From: Ilumatobacteraceae bacterium
Lineage (GTDB): Bacteria; Actinomycetota; Acidimicrobiia; Acidimicrobiales; Ilumatobacteraceae
Length of the DNA stretch: 64,000 bases
Direction: 5' to 3'
Assembly: GCA_963712775.1 (NCBI GenBank)
Contig: CAVQJG010000005.1
Span: forward strand, 266,002 to 330,001
Part shown: piece after piece, positions 43,528-54,295 of the stretch
Layout of the letters: each line of letters opens with the position of its first letter
How positions within the stretch are numbered: position 1 is the first letter of the stretch
Made by a program: the position numbers and the translations under genes
The notes under the pieces: generated by a model
The model's database searches: none
Seen by the model: the letters and a program-made list of their open reading frames with translations, nothing else
Told to the model about the DNA's origin: nothing

Positions 43528-44973
43528 TCAGCGCGGCAGACCGGGCAGACCTGGCATGTTCGGCATGCCGGGCAGGCCGGGGAGATCCATGCCGCCGGTG
43601 GCGTTCGGATCGAGCAGGCCCGGAGGGAGCCCACGCCCCTTCGGGCCCCCGCCCTTGCGGCCCTTCTTGCCCTTCTTGCCGGGCTTCTGGCCGGCCATGC
43701 CCATCTTCTTCATCATCTTCTGCATCTCGCCGAACTGCTTGACGAGGCGGTTGACGTCGCCGACCTGTGTTCCGGAGCCGTTGGCGATCCGCTGACGCCG
43801 GCTGCCGTTGATGATCACGGGTTGTGCGCGCTCCTCCGGGGTCATCGCCCGGATGATGGCCTCGATCGGCTTGAGGTCGTCGTCGTCGATCTTGGCGCCC
43901 TTGAGTTCCTTCGGAACGCCCGGCATCATGCCCATCAGGCTGCCGAGTGAGCCCATCTTCTTGATCTGCTGCATCTGTTCGAGGAAGTCGTCCAGCGTGA
44001 ACTGGCCCTCCATCAGCTTGGCTGCCGCCTGTTCGGCCTGGTCGGCCTCGAAGGCGCGCTCGGCCTGTTCGATCAGCGTGAGCATGTCGCCCATGCCGAG
44101 GATCCGACCTGCCATGCGATCCGGGTGGAACTGTTCGAACTCGGTGAGCTTCTCGCCGGTGGACGCGAACGCGATCGGGCGGCCGATGACCTCCTTGACC
44201 GACAGCGCGGCGCCACCGCGGGCGTCGCCGTCCATCTTCGACATGATCACGGCGTCGATCTGCAGGGTCTCGTGGAACGCCTCGGCGGTCTGGACCGCGT
44301 CCTGACCGGTCATCGCGTCGACGACGAGGAACGTGTAGTCGGGGTCGACCGCGGCGGAGATCTGCCGGACCTGCTCCATCATCTCGGCGTCGATCGACAG
44401 ACGACCGGCGGTGTCGACGATCACGACGTCGCGTCCGAGGCGCTTCGCCTCTTCGAGGCCGGCCGCGGAGGCCCGCACCGGGTCGGACGGATCGGAGAAC
44501 ACCGGCACGTCGATCTGACGTCCGAGTGTGCGGAGCTGCTCGACGGCGGCGGGGCGCTGGAGGTCGGCTCCGACCAGCAGCGGCTGGCGACCCTGGCCCT
44601 TGAACCAGGTGGCGAGCTTGGCCGAGTTGGTCGTCTTGCCGGAACCCTGCAGGCCGGCCATGAGCACCACGGTCGGCGGTTTGGACGCGTAGGTGATGGC
44701 GAGTGTCTCGCCGCCGAGCGCCCGGGTCAACTCGTCGTTGACCGCCTTGACCACCTGCTGGGCGGGGTCGAGGGCCGAGGAGCGTGTCGCGCCGATGGCG
44801 GTCTCGCGTATCCGGTTGCAGATCGAGCGGACGACGGTGACGTTGACGTCGGCCTCGAGGAGCGCCGTGCGGATCTCCTTCATCACCTCGTCGACGTCGG
44901 CCTCCGTCAAGCGACCCTTGCCACGGATCTTCTTGACGATGCCTTCGAGTCGTGTGGACAGATTGTCGAACAT
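43528..44973 (-). CDS. ffh: signal recognition particle protein Ffh
   Basis: MFDNLSTRLEGIVKKIRGKGRLTE..VLMAGLQGSGKTT..DTAGRL..SKMDGDARGGAALS and the Met-rich M domain (GSLGSLMGMMPG). Confidence 0.97.
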   Translation of the reverse strand: MFDNLSTRLEGIVKKIRGKGRLTEADVDEVMKEIRTALLEADVNVTVVRSICNRIRETAIGATRSSALDPAQQVVKAVNDELTRALGGETLAITYASKPPTVVLMAGLQGSGKTTNSAKLATWFKGQGRQPLLVGADLQRPAAVEQLRTLGRQIDVPVFSDPSDPVRASAAGLEEAKRLGRDVVIVDTAGRLSIDAEMMEQVRQISAAVDPDYTFLVVDAMTGQDAVQTAEAFHETLQIDAVIMSKMDGDARGGAALSVKEVIGRPIAFASTGEKLTEFEQFHPDRMAGRILGMGDMLTLIEQAERAFEADQAEQAAAKLMEGQFTLDDFLEQMQQIKKMGSLGSLMGMMPGVPKELKGAKIDDDDLKPIEAIIRAMTPEERAQPVIINGSRRQRIANGSGTQVGDVNRLVKQFGEMQKMMKKMGMAGQKPGKKGKKGRKGGGPKGRGLPPGLLDPNATGGMDLPGLPGMPNMPGLPGLPR

Positions 44974-45023
44974 CAGGACCCCGAGGTTACCGGAGGGGTC
45001 CGAACCCAGGTGCGACGACGAAG

Positions 45024-45054
45024 ATGAGACGCGGGGTCAGACCCCCCGTCTCAT
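45024..45054. terminator. hairpin with GGGGTCAGACCCC apex (family G copy d)
   Basis: ATGAGACGCGGGGTC-A-GACCCCCCGTCTCAT. 15-nt arms with 1 mismatch. Starts 2 nt after the ACAD stop (45056, minus strand) and lies upstream of ffh. Confidence 0.55.
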
Positions 45055-45055
45055 G

Positions 45056-46285
45056 TCAGTTGCGGGGGACCTCGTTCCAGGGGACGTTCTTGTCGACGCG
45101 GGGCTCGCCGGGCAGGCCGAGGACCTGCTCACCGATGATGTTGCGGAGGATCTCCGACGTGCCGCCCTCGATCGAGTTCGCCCGCACCCGCAGGAACGAG
45201 TAGCGCGTCCCGTGCATCGTGCCGGTGACGTCGAGGTCGCCGGGCCGACGGAACGTGTAGTCGTATCCGATGAGCGCATCGGCGCCCATCAGGTCGATGC
45301 AGAACTCGTACAGCGGCTTGTTCAGCTCGGAGAACGCGAGCTTGGCGATCGTCATCTCCGGGCCGGGGTTGCCGGCCTTGGCGTTCTCGCCCGCACGCCG
45401 GTTGGTGAGCCGGTTGACCTCGGCCTGACACCACAGCTGCATGAGACGGTCCTTGCGGGCGCCGTCCTGCTCCGACGGATCGAGCGTCTTCCAGATCTCG
45501 ACCGCGTCGTTCGCAGCCGCGCCGCGGCGCGCCACCGAACCGCTGCCGGCGCCACTGCCGGTGCCGATCGCGTTGCGCTCGTTCATCAGCGTGGTGAGGC
45601 TGGCACGCCAGCCCTCGCCGACGTCGCCGATGCGGTGCGCGTCGGGAACCCGGGCGTCGGTCATGTAGACCTCGTTGAACTCGGCCTCACCGGTGATCTG
45701 GCGCAGCGGGCGCACCTCGACGCCCGGGGCGCGCATGTCGAGCGCGAAGTAGGTCATGCCCTTGTGCTTCGGCGCCTCGGGATCCGTGCGCGTCACGAGC
45801 ATGCCGAAGTCCGCGATGTGCGCCATCGTGTTCCAGACCTTCTGGCCGTTGACGATCCACTCGTCGCCGTCGCGCTCGGCCTTCGTGGCCAGGCCGGCGA
45901 AGTCGGAGCCGGCGCCGGGTTCGGAGAACAGCTGGCACCAGCGTTCCTCGCCGGTGAACATCGGACGCAGGAAGCGCTCCTTCGCCTCGTCGCTGCCGTG
46001 GGTGACGATCGTCGGACCGGCCAAGGCCATGAAGAACGTGCTGGGGTCGGTCGGCTTCGCGCCGGCCTCGCGCAGGCGGCTCTCGACGAGCTTGTTGAGT
46101 TCGGGGCGCACACCGAGGCCGCCGTAGCCCTTCGGGAAGTGCACCCACGCCAGGCCGGCGTCGTAGCGGGCGCCGCGGAACTCGATGTTGTCGGTCGTCG
46201 CCGGATCGTGTTGGGCGAGCAGCGCGTCGAGCGCCTCGGTGACCAGGATCGTGTCGGCATCGGGGCGCGTCTCGGTGATCGTCAT
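45056..46285 (-). CDS. acyl-CoA dehydrogenase
   Basis: ATG 46285 (MTITETRPDAD..). WCQLFSEPGAGSDFAGLATKAERDGDEWIVNGQKVWNTMAH..EGGTSEILRNIIGEQVLGLP. Confidence 0.9.
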   Translation of the reverse strand: MTITETRPDADTILVTEALDALLAQHDPATTDNIEFRGARYDAGLAWVHFPKGYGGLGVRPELNKLVESRLREAGAKPTDPSTFFMALAGPTIVTHGSDEAKERFLRPMFTGEERWCQLFSEPGAGSDFAGLATKAERDGDEWIVNGQKVWNTMAHIADFGMLVTRTDPEAPKHKGMTYFALDMRAPGVEVRPLRQITGEAEFNEVYMTDARVPDAHRIGDVGEGWRASLTTLMNERNAIGTGSGAGSGSVARRGAAANDAVEIWKTLDPSEQDGARKDRLMQLWCQAEVNRLTNRRAGENAKAGNPGPEMTIAKLAFSELNKPLYEFCIDLMGADALIGYDYTFRRPGDLDVTGTMHGTRYSFLRVRANSIEGGTSEILRNIIGEQVLGLPGEPRVDKNVPWNEVPRN

Positions 46286-46302
46286 CGCACCAGTCTGACA
46301 GG

Positions 46303-46407
46303 CGCCCCCATCCCCCGCCGAAACGACCACCCCTCCCCGAAACGTCGCGCGATCCGGTCGCTGAGCGTCCCGATACCGCAGGATTTCGGGGTGGGGTGGC
46401 TGTTCGG
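46303..46407. repeat. structured intergenic repeat, family B copy 2
   Basis: Shares a C-rich tract plus CCCCGAAA..TCGCG..GGTCGC..AGCGTCC..CCGCAGGATTTCGGGG with 9335-9437. Abuts the ftsY stop (46408). Confidence 0.6.
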
Positions 46408-47541
<1,134 letters not shown>

Positions 47542-47577
47542 CGCCCGCCGACGCTACCGGCCCCGACCGATCCGGCT

Positions 47578-47697
47578 TCAGCGTCAGCGCAGACAGTTCG
47601 ATCGGACGTTGTCGCTGACGCAGAGCCCGGGGCCGGCGAACTCGGACGTTCTGCGTCGGCTACTGCATCGAATTCGGAGGTTGTCGCTGACGCTGAG
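47578..47697. repeat. cluster of direct and inverted repeats (TCGGAsGTT / GTCGCTGACGC units) in the smc-ftsY spacer
   Basis: TCGGACGTTGTCGCTGACGCAGAG (47602-25), TCGGACGTTCTGCGTCGGC (47642-60) and TCGGAGGTTGTCGCTGACGCTGAG (47674-97). TCAGCGTCAGCG (47578-89) is the inverted partner of CGCTGACGCTGA. Confidence 0.6.
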
Positions 47698-47718
47698 GGT
47701 CGAGCACCGGGGGCCCGC

Positions 47719-50700
47719 TCAGTTGGGCGACGGGGCGGTCGACACGCGTTCGGTGACGACCTTGCTCGAACCACCCGGCTGCATGCTGACGCCCAGCAGG
47801 CAGTCGCCGGCCTCCATCGTCCGCTTCTGGTGCGACACGACGATCAGCTGCGCGTCCTTGCGGAACTCCTGGATCAGCCCGAGGAACCGGTGCAGGTTGA
47901 CGTCGTCGAGCGCGGCCTCGACCTCGTCCATCACGTAGAACGGCGACGGCCGCGACCGGAACACGGCGAACAGGTACGCCAGCGCCGTGAGGCTGCGCTC
48001 GCCACCCGACAGCAGCGACAGCTTCTTCACGTTCTTGCCGCTCGGCTTCGCCTCGACCTCGATGCCGGTGTTGAGCATGTCGTCCGGTGCCGTGAGCTTG
48101 AGCTTGCCGACACCGCCGGGGAAGAGCAGGCCGAAGAGCTGGGTGAAGTTCTCGGCGACGTCGTGGTAGGCCGATGCGAAGACGTTCTGGATCTCGGCGT
48201 CGACGGCGGCGATCACCCGCGACAGCTCGCGGCGCGTCGAGCGCACGTCTTCCAGTTGCTCCTCGAGGAACGTGTGACGCGTCTGGAGCTCGTTGAACTC
48301 CTCCAGCGCGAGCGGGTTGATCGGCCCGAGCAGCCGCAACTCGCGTTCGAGTTCGCGCACCCGACCCGCCGGTGTGGCGCCATCGGGCAGCGCGGGCAGC
48401 GGTGCTGCCTCCGCCACCGATGGTTCGATGTCGAGGTCGCGCCGCAGCGTCTCGATCGCCGTCTCGAGACGCAGTTTGGCCTCGGCCTCCCCGAGTTCGG
48501 CCTGGCGAGCACGTTCGCGCGAACCGTCGAGTGCCTGTTCCTTCTCGCTCCGGGCGCGCCGGTGCCGGTCGAGCTCGGTGGTCAGGCCCCGGACCTCGTC
48601 GCTCTGGCGCCGGCGCTGTTCGACCAGATCGGTGTGCAGCACCTCGACGACCTCGCGGTGCGCGGCGACGACCTCGACCAGTCGGTCGATCGCCGCGATG
48701 TCACGTTCGATTCGAACCCGCTGGCCCTCGGCGGCCAGACGAGCCTCGGCATCCGCAGCGAGACGACGTTCGGTCTCGTCGAGGCGCCGCTCCAGCAGCT
48801 CGTGACGCTCGTGGAGCCCCGCGTTGCGCACCTCGAAGTCCTTGCGGCGCGACGCCAGCGCCGCGGCCCGGGCCTCGAAGTCGGCGCGGAGTTCACCGCG
48901 TGCACGAGCGGAATCCGCCTCCGCCTGCTCGTCGGATTCGAGCGCCGGCAGGAGCGCTTCCAGTTCGGCGACGCGCTGGTCGTCACGCTCGATGTTGGCC
49001 TCGAGGTCGGCGATCGAGCGTTCGAGATTGGCCAGCTCCCCGAGCACCTCACGGTGCTCGCCCTGCGCCCGGGCGAGGCCTTCCGAGGCCGCGCTGAACT
49101 TGGCGTCGTTGGCATCCAACCGGCGGATGAGTTCGGCCTCGGCCGCCCGCGCCGCCTGCAGGGTACGTTCTGACGCCGCGAGCGCATCGACCGCACGGGC
49201 GAGTTCACCCTCCGCCTGCGTTGCCAGTTCGATCGCCTCGTCGAGGGCAGCGGCGGTGGCTCCGCTTCCCGCCGCGCCGACGCGCCAACCGCTGAGCCCG
49301 AAGCGGTCACCACCTTCGGTGACGATGACGGCCTCGGGGTGTGCGAGTGCCGCGTCGACGGCAGCGCCGACGTCGTCGACGCGAACCGCGGCACCCAGCA
49401 GCCCGTCGAGCAGCGCGTCGACCCCTGGCCGGGGGGACCTGGCGTGCGGGCGGACGGCATCACCGAGCGGCGGCGTGGCCGGGCTCGCCGGTCGAGCGCC
49501 GAGCGCGATCACCGCGCCGCTCGTGTCGGAACTGCGCAGCGCCGTCAGCGCTCGGCGGCCGGCGGCCGGGTCGTCGACCACGACCGCGGTCAACGACTCG
49601 CCGAGTGCCGCTTCGACCGCCTGTTCCCAGCCGGCGTCGATCTCGATCAGGTCGAGGAGGGTTCCGAGCACTCCGTCGACGCCCGACAGGCGTTCGGCCC
49701 CCGCCCGGGCCCTGGCGGCATCGAGCGCCATCTGCAGGGCGTCGACACGCGCCGTCGCACGCGACACCGCGTCGGCGGCATCAGCGCGGAGCGATCGGCG
49801 CGCCTCGTGCGCCGACTCGGCCTCGGCGCGAGCCGCCTCGGCCTGCTCGAGCTCTGCGACCAGCGGCTCCTCGATCGAGCCCGCCGCGTCGCACTCGGCC
49901 CGGAAACGCACCTCGTCGTCGGCGCACGCGTCACGTCGAGCGGCGAGCGAGTCGAACCGCTCTCGGACACGGCGCAGATCGCCGTCGGCACGCTCGCGTG
50001 ACGAACGCACCGAACGCAGTTCCCCTCGCACCTCCGCCGCGGCGCTCGCGGCCTCGGTCCCCGTGGCATCGACGCTCACGGCGTCGAGCACCTTCGCCCG
50101 CTCGGCCCGGAACGACTCCTCTTCCTCGACCAGTGCGGCGGCCGCGGGCTCGATCTCACCCAGCGCGACGACGACCGCCTCGAGCTCCTGGCGGAACCGT
50201 GCGGCGTCGGCTTCGAGGTTCGCGACGACGCCGGCATCGAGCAGCTGACCCTTGTCGCGCTCGAGCGAGCGGCGACGTTCGACCAGTACCGCCGACAGCC
50301 CGCGGGCACGCTCGCGGAGTTGCTCGACCCGGACGAGTCGGTCACTGACGTCGCTCTCGCCCCTCGCCGACAACTGCGCCTCGATGCCCATCACCTGTGT
50401 GTCGAGCGCGGCGAGCGCGCTCTTCAGCTCAGCCTCGCTGTTGGCGCTGTCGAGACGGGTGACCGCGAGCGCTTCGAGCTTCGCCCGCCAGGTCGCGATC
50501 TCCCGACCGGCCACGTACGTCTTCACCTCGGCCAGTTCCGCGATCAACGAGCCGTGACGCTCGGCCGCCTGGGCCTGGCGTTCGAGCGGCCGGAGCTGGC
50601 GGCGGACCTCGCGCAGCAGGTCCTGCACGCGCAGGAGGTTGGCCTCGGTGGCATCGAGACGGCGCTCGGCCTTCTCCTTGCGTTTGCGGAACTTGAGGAC

Positions 50701-51198
50701 GCCGGCGGCCTCCTCGATGATCGCCCGCCGCTCCTCCGGCCGAGCGTTGAGCACGGCGTCGATCTGCCCCTGGCTCACGATCACGTGCTGCTGGCGGCCG
50801 ACACCGGCGTCGGACAGGAGCTCCTGCACGTCGAGCAGACGGCACGGCGCGCCGTTGATCGCGTACTCAGAGTCACCGTTGCGGAACAGCACGCGGGTGA
50901 CCGTCACCTCGCTCAGCTCCACGCCGAGCGTGCCGTCGGAGTTGTCGATCGTGATGCTGACCTCGGCGCGGCCGAGCGCCGGGCGCGTCGCCGTTCCGGC
51001 GAAGATCACGTCGTCCATCTTCTGGCTCCGGACGGCCTTCGGCGCCTGAGCACCGAGCACCCAGGCGATCGCGTCGACGACGTTGGACTTGCCGGACCCG
51101 TTGGGGCCGACGACGACGGTGACGCCGGGTTCGAGCACCATCGTGGTGCCGTCGGCGAACGACTTGAACCCTTTGAGGTTGAGACTCTTCAAGAACAC
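47719..51198 (-). CDS. smc: chromosome segregation protein SMC
   Basis: MFLKSLNLKGFKSFADGTTMVLEPGVTVVVGPNGSGKSNVVDAI (Walker A), long coiled coils, hinge (GVDGVLGTLLDLIE), C-terminal LSGGERSLTALAYLFAVF..FYVMDEVEAALD. Confidence 0.97.
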   Translation of the reverse strand: MFLKSLNLKGFKSFADGTTMVLEPGVTVVVGPNGSGKSNVVDAIAWVLGAQAPKAVRSQKMDDVIFAGTATRPALGRAEVSITIDNSDGTLGVELSEVTVTRVLFRNGDSEYAINGAPCRLLDVQELLSDAGVGRQQHVIVSQGQIDAVLNARPEERRAIIEEAAGVLKFRKRKEKAERRLDATEANLLRVQDLLREVRRQLRPLERQAQAAERHGSLIAELAEVKTYVAGREIATWRAKLEALAVTRLDSANSEAELKSALAALDTQVMGIEAQLSARGESDVSDRLVRVEQLRERARGLSAVLVERRRSLERDKGQLLDAGVVANLEADAARFRQELEAVVVALGEIEPAAAALVEEEESFRAERAKVLDAVSVDATGTEAASAAAEVRGELRSVRSSRERADGDLRRVRERFDSLAARRDACADDEVRFRAECDAAGSIEEPLVAELEQAEAARAEAESAHEARRSLRADAADAVSRATARVDALQMALDAARARAGAERLSGVDGVLGTLLDLIEIDAGWEQAVEAALGESLTAVVVDDPAAGRRALTALRSSDTSGAVIALGARPASPATPPLGDAVRPHARSPRPGVDALLDGLLGAAVRVDDVGAAVDAALAHPEAVIVTEGGDRFGLSGWRVGAAGSGATAAALDEAIELATQAEGELARAVDALAASERTLQAARAAEAELIRRLDANDAKFSAASEGLARAQGEHREVLGELANLERSIADLEANIERDDQRVAELEALLPALESDEQAEADSARARGELRADFEARAAALASRRKDFEVRNAGLHERHELLERRLDETERRLAADAEARLAAEGQRVRIERDIAAIDRLVEVVAAHREVVEVLHTDLVEQRRRQSDEVRGLTTELDRHRRARSEKEQALDGSRERARQAELGEAEAKLRLETAIETLRRDLDIEPSVAEAAPLPALPDGATPAGRVRELERELRLLGPINPLALEEFNELQTRHTFLEEQLEDVRSTRRELSRVIAAVDAEIQNVFASAYHDVAENFTQLFGLLFPGGVGKLKLTAPDDMLNTGIEVEAKPSGKNVKKLSLLSGGERSLTALAYLFAVFRSRPSPFYVMDEVEAALDDVNLHRFLGLIQEFRKDAQLIVVSHQKRTMEAGDCLLGVSMQPGGSSKVVTERVSTAPSPN

Positions 51199-51246
51199 AG
51201 CAGGTGCGAAACTACCTGCTCGACCACGATCGGGCCCGAATACCCG

Positions 51247-52083
51247 TCAGCGCTGGCACACACCACAGAAGTGGGTGCCGCGTCCACCGGTGACCACCCG
51301 CTGGATCCAACCCCGTCCGCAGGTGCTGCATCGCTCGCCGCCTCGCCCGTAGACCCGGTGTTCGTCCTGGTAGGAACCACCGTCGCCCATCAGATCGACG
51401 TACTGCGCATCGCCCAGGGTCGACCCGCCCGCCTCGATCGCCTCGCCCAACACGTCGACGATCGCTCGGTGCAGCGCCCTCACCCGTCGACGATCGAGCG
51501 ACGACGCCGGCCGATCCGGCCGGAGCCGGGCGCGGTGCAGGATCTCGTCGGCGTAGATGTTGCCGATCCCGGCGATCACGTGCTGGTCGAGCAGCATCGG
51601 TTTCAGCGCCCGCCGCGACGTGCCGAGCGCCGCTCGCAGGACGTCGACGTCGAACGGATCCGCGATCGGGTCGACACCGAGGCGGGCGAGCTCGGGAAGC
51701 TCGTGGTCGATCCGCTCGGGATCGAACACGACGACCTCGCCGAAGGTTCGCGGGTCGACGAACCAGGCCTCGTGGCCGTCGTCGAGATGCATCACCACGT
51801 GGGTGTGCGGCGGCCGGCTCGAACCACTCTCGGCGAGCAGCACCTGGCCGCTCATGCGGAGATGGATCATCAACGCGTCGCCGGAGTCGAGCGGAAGCAC
51901 GAGGTACTTCCCGCGTCGATCAGCACGCTCGACCACCGTGTCGGACAGGCCCGCGATCAGCGCCTCGCGTGACGTTCGCCGCACCGTGCGTTCGCGCCCG
52001 ACCTCGACCGTCTCGATCCGCCGCCCGACCAGGTGCTGTTCGAGACCTCGGCGGACGGTCTCGACCTCGGGGAGTTCCGGCAC
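51247..52083 (-). CDS. mutM: formamidopyrimidine-DNA glycosylase
   Basis: MPELPEVETVRRGL.., H2TH (LLDQHVIAGIGNIYADEIL) and C-terminal zinc finger CSTCG..FCGVCQ. Confidence 0.95.
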   Translation of the reverse strand: MPELPEVETVRRGLEQHLVGRRIETVEVGRERTVRRTSREALIAGLSDTVVERADRRGKYLVLPLDSGDALMIHLRMSGQVLLAESGSSRPPHTHVVMHLDDGHEAWFVDPRTFGEVVVFDPERIDHELPELARLGVDPIADPFDVDVLRAALGTSRRALKPMLLDQHVIAGIGNIYADEILHRARLRPDRPASSLDRRRVRALHRAIVDVLGEAIEAGGSTLGDAQYVDLMGDGGSYQDEHRVYGRGGERCSTCGRGWIQRVVTGGRGTHFCGVCQR

Positions 52084-52095
52084 GACGCAACAGGC

Positions 52096-52782
52096 TCAGG
52101 AGAGCGCCAGGCACGCCCGGCCGGCGGCCGCCTGCTCGGCCGCCTTCTTCGAACGACCCTCTCCGACGCCGACCACCTCACCGTCGACGAGCACTTCGGC
52201 GCGGAACGACTTCGCATGATCGGGACCGCGGGAGGTCACCGCGTACACCGGTGCGCCGCGGCCCGCCCTGGCGCTCAGTTCCTGCAGCTGGGTCTTCTGG
52301 TCGAACTGGTCGAGGGAGTCCGCCGTGTCGGGCATGCGCGGCACCACGAGCCGCTCCACCATCGAGTACGCGGCGTCCGGGCCGCCATCGAGGTAGACGG
52401 CGGCGAGGACCGCTTCGAAGGCGTCGGACAGGATCGACGGCTTGTCGGCGCCTCCTGCTGCCGCTTCGCCACGTCCGAGCAGGATGTGGGGGCCGAGCCC
52501 GATGTCCTGGGCCACCTCGGCGAGCGCGATCGCATTGACCACGCTCTTGCGGAGATCGGTGAGCTGGCCTTCGGCGACGTCGTAGCGGTGGAACACGATG
52601 TCGGCGATCGCCCACCCGAGCACCGCGTCGCCGAGGAACTCCAGGCGTTCGTTGCTGAGCGCGCCGGGGGTCTCGGCACACCAGGAGCGATGGGCGAGCG
52701 CTCGGCGGAGCAGGTCGATGTCGGTGAACCGGTGGCCGATGCGATCGCTCAACGCGTCGAGGTCGGCGCCGTCGTCGGACAT
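52096..52782 (-). CDS. rnc: ribonuclease III
   Basis: NERLEFLGDAVLG (RNase III signature), ..SILSDAFEAVLAAVYLDGG.., C-terminal dsRBD (GPDHAKSF..GEGRSKKAAEQAAA). Confidence 0.95.
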   Translation of the reverse strand: MSDDGADLDALSDRIGHRFTDIDLLRRALAHRSWCAETPGALSNERLEFLGDAVLGWAIADIVFHRYDVAEGQLTDLRKSVVNAIALAEVAQDIGLGPHILLGRGEAAAGGADKPSILSDAFEAVLAAVYLDGGPDAAYSMVERLVVPRMPDTADSLDQFDQKTQLQELSARAGRGAPVYAVTSRGPDHAKSFRAEVLVDGEVVGVGEGRSKKAAEQAAAGRACLALS

Positions 52783-52796
52783 GCTCGGCCCGTCGA

Positions 52797-53087
52797 CTAC
52801 TTCGCCCGTTCGTGAACGTAGTCGACCGCGTCGCGCACCGTCTTGAGGTCCTCGAGGTCCTCGTCCTCGATGCGGAACCCGACGGTCCGTTCGCTGAGCG
52901 TCTCCTCGAGTGCCTCGACCAACTCGATCAGTGCCAGGGAGTCCGCATCGAGGTCGTCGACGAACGACTGACCTTCGGTGATCGTCGACGGCTCGATCTC
53001 GAGGATGTCGGCGAGGCGGTCGCGGACGATCTCGAAGATCTCCTCGCGCTGGAGTGGGCCCTGGTCGGCTGGGGTCTCTGCTGGCAC
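52797..53087 (-). CDS. acpP: acyl carrier protein
   Basis: 96 aa. FVDDLDADSLALIELVEALE carries the phosphopantetheine-Ser DSL motif. Lies between plsX and rnc as in Bacillus. The symbol is tentative. Confidence 0.8.
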   Translation of the reverse strand: MPAETPADQGPLQREEIFEIVRDRLADILEIEPSTITEGQSFVDDLDADSLALIELVEALEETLSERTVGFRIEDEDLEDLKTVRDAVDYVHERAK

Positions 53088-53114
53088 GGGTGGCGAGTCT
53101 ACTTCTCGCAGCGT

Positions 53115-54104
53115 TCAGCCCGCGTTGCGAGCGATCGCGGAGCGGATCTCGGCGACCATGTCGTGTTCGACCATGTCGCGAGCGACGCCGATGCCGTTGG
53201 CGATCGCCGTCTCACCGGAGGAGCCGTGGGAGATGATGCACACGCCGTCGACACCGAGCAGCACGGCGCCACCGTAGGTGTCGGGGCTCAGCGTCTCGTA
53301 CAGGGGCAGCAGGGCCGGCATCAGGGCGTCGGCGTGAGGCTTGTACTCCTCCTCGGCGGCGAACGCGTCGAGGATCGCCCGCACGATCACGCGCATGCCC
53401 CCTTCGAGGGTCTTCAGCACGACGTTGCCGGTGAACCCGTCGGTGACACACACGTCGAGGTCGGCGCTCATCACGTCTCGCCCCTCGACGTTGCCGACGA
53501 AGTTCAGATGCGTCGCGGCACCGAGGAGCTCATAGGTCTCCTTGCGCAGCGTGTCGCCCTTGCCGGGTTCCTCGCCGATCGACAGCAGGCCGACGCGTGG
53601 CGACTCGACACCGAAACGGCTCCGGGCGTAGACCGAGCCCATCAGCGCGAACTGGACCAGCCACTCGGCCTGCACCTCGGAGTTCGCGCCGGCGTCGAGC
53701 AGGATCGTGGGGTTGGCGCCGGGGACCGGGATGGGCGTCGCGACCGCTGGGCGTTTCACGCCCGAGATCCGACCCATGCGCAGCAGCGCGGCGGCCATCG
53801 TGGCGCCGGTGTTGCCGGCGGAGATCATGGCACTCGCACGACCGTCGCGGACCGCCTCGGCGGCGCGTACGAGAGTGGAGTCCTTCTTGCGACGGACCCC
53901 CTGGGCGGGGTCGTCGTGCATGCCGATGACCTCGCTCGCCTCGATCAGGTCGAGGACCTGGCCGTCGGCCGTTCTGCGACCTGCGAGATCGGCGGGGCCG
54001 ACGAGCACGACCGGGATACCGGACGCGAACGCACGGTGGGCGCCGGCGAGAATCGGTCCTGGCGCATCGTCGCCGCCCATGGCGTCGACGGCAACGGGGA
54101 GCAT
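53115..54104 (-). CDS. plsX: phosphate acyltransferase PlsX
   Basis: ATG 54104. MLPVAVDAMGGDDAPGPIL..MISAGNTGATMAAALL..GNVEGRDV..DVCVTDGFTGNVVLKT. Confidence 0.93.
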   Translation of the reverse strand: MLPVAVDAMGGDDAPGPILAGAHRAFASGIPVVLVGPADLAGRRTADGQVLDLIEASEVIGMHDDPAQGVRRKKDSTLVRAAEAVRDGRASAMISAGNTGATMAAALLRMGRISGVKRPAVATPIPVPGANPTILLDAGANSEVQAEWLVQFALMGSVYARSRFGVESPRVGLLSIGEEPGKGDTLRKETYELLGAATHLNFVGNVEGRDVMSADLDVCVTDGFTGNVVLKTLEGGMRVIVRAILDAFAAEEEYKPHADALMPALLPLYETLSPDTYGGAVLLGVDGVCIISHGSSGETAIANGIGVARDMVEHDMVAEIRSAIARNAG

Positions 54105-54115
54105 CGTTGCGGAGA

Positions 54116-54295
54116 TCAGCCGACGTCGACGACGACGCGGTCGCGGTACCAGCCACACGACGGGCAGACGGTGTGCGGCGTCTTGGCGTTGCCGCAACGC
54201 GGGCACAGGCTGCGCGCGGGTGCGTCGAGCTTCCAGGCACTCGCCCGACGGCTGCGGGTCTTCGACTTCGATGTCTTCTTCTTCGGAACGGCCAT
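54116..54295 (-). CDS. rpmF: 50S ribosomal protein L32
   Basis: ATG 54295. [50 protein letters not shown]. Confidence 0.95.
   Translation of the reverse strand: MAVPKKKTSKSKTRSRRASAWKLDAPARSLCPRCGNAKTPHTVCPSCGWYRDRVVVDVG

Noticed and set aside
47578-47697. Possibility that the direct repeats at 47.6 kb, 22.7 kb or 15.27 kb are CRISPR arrays.
   Set aside because: There are only 2-4 units, with spacers that are not unique-sized and not of CRISPR length, repeats that are partly coding ((TTTP)4) or simple palindromes, and no cas genes in the window.
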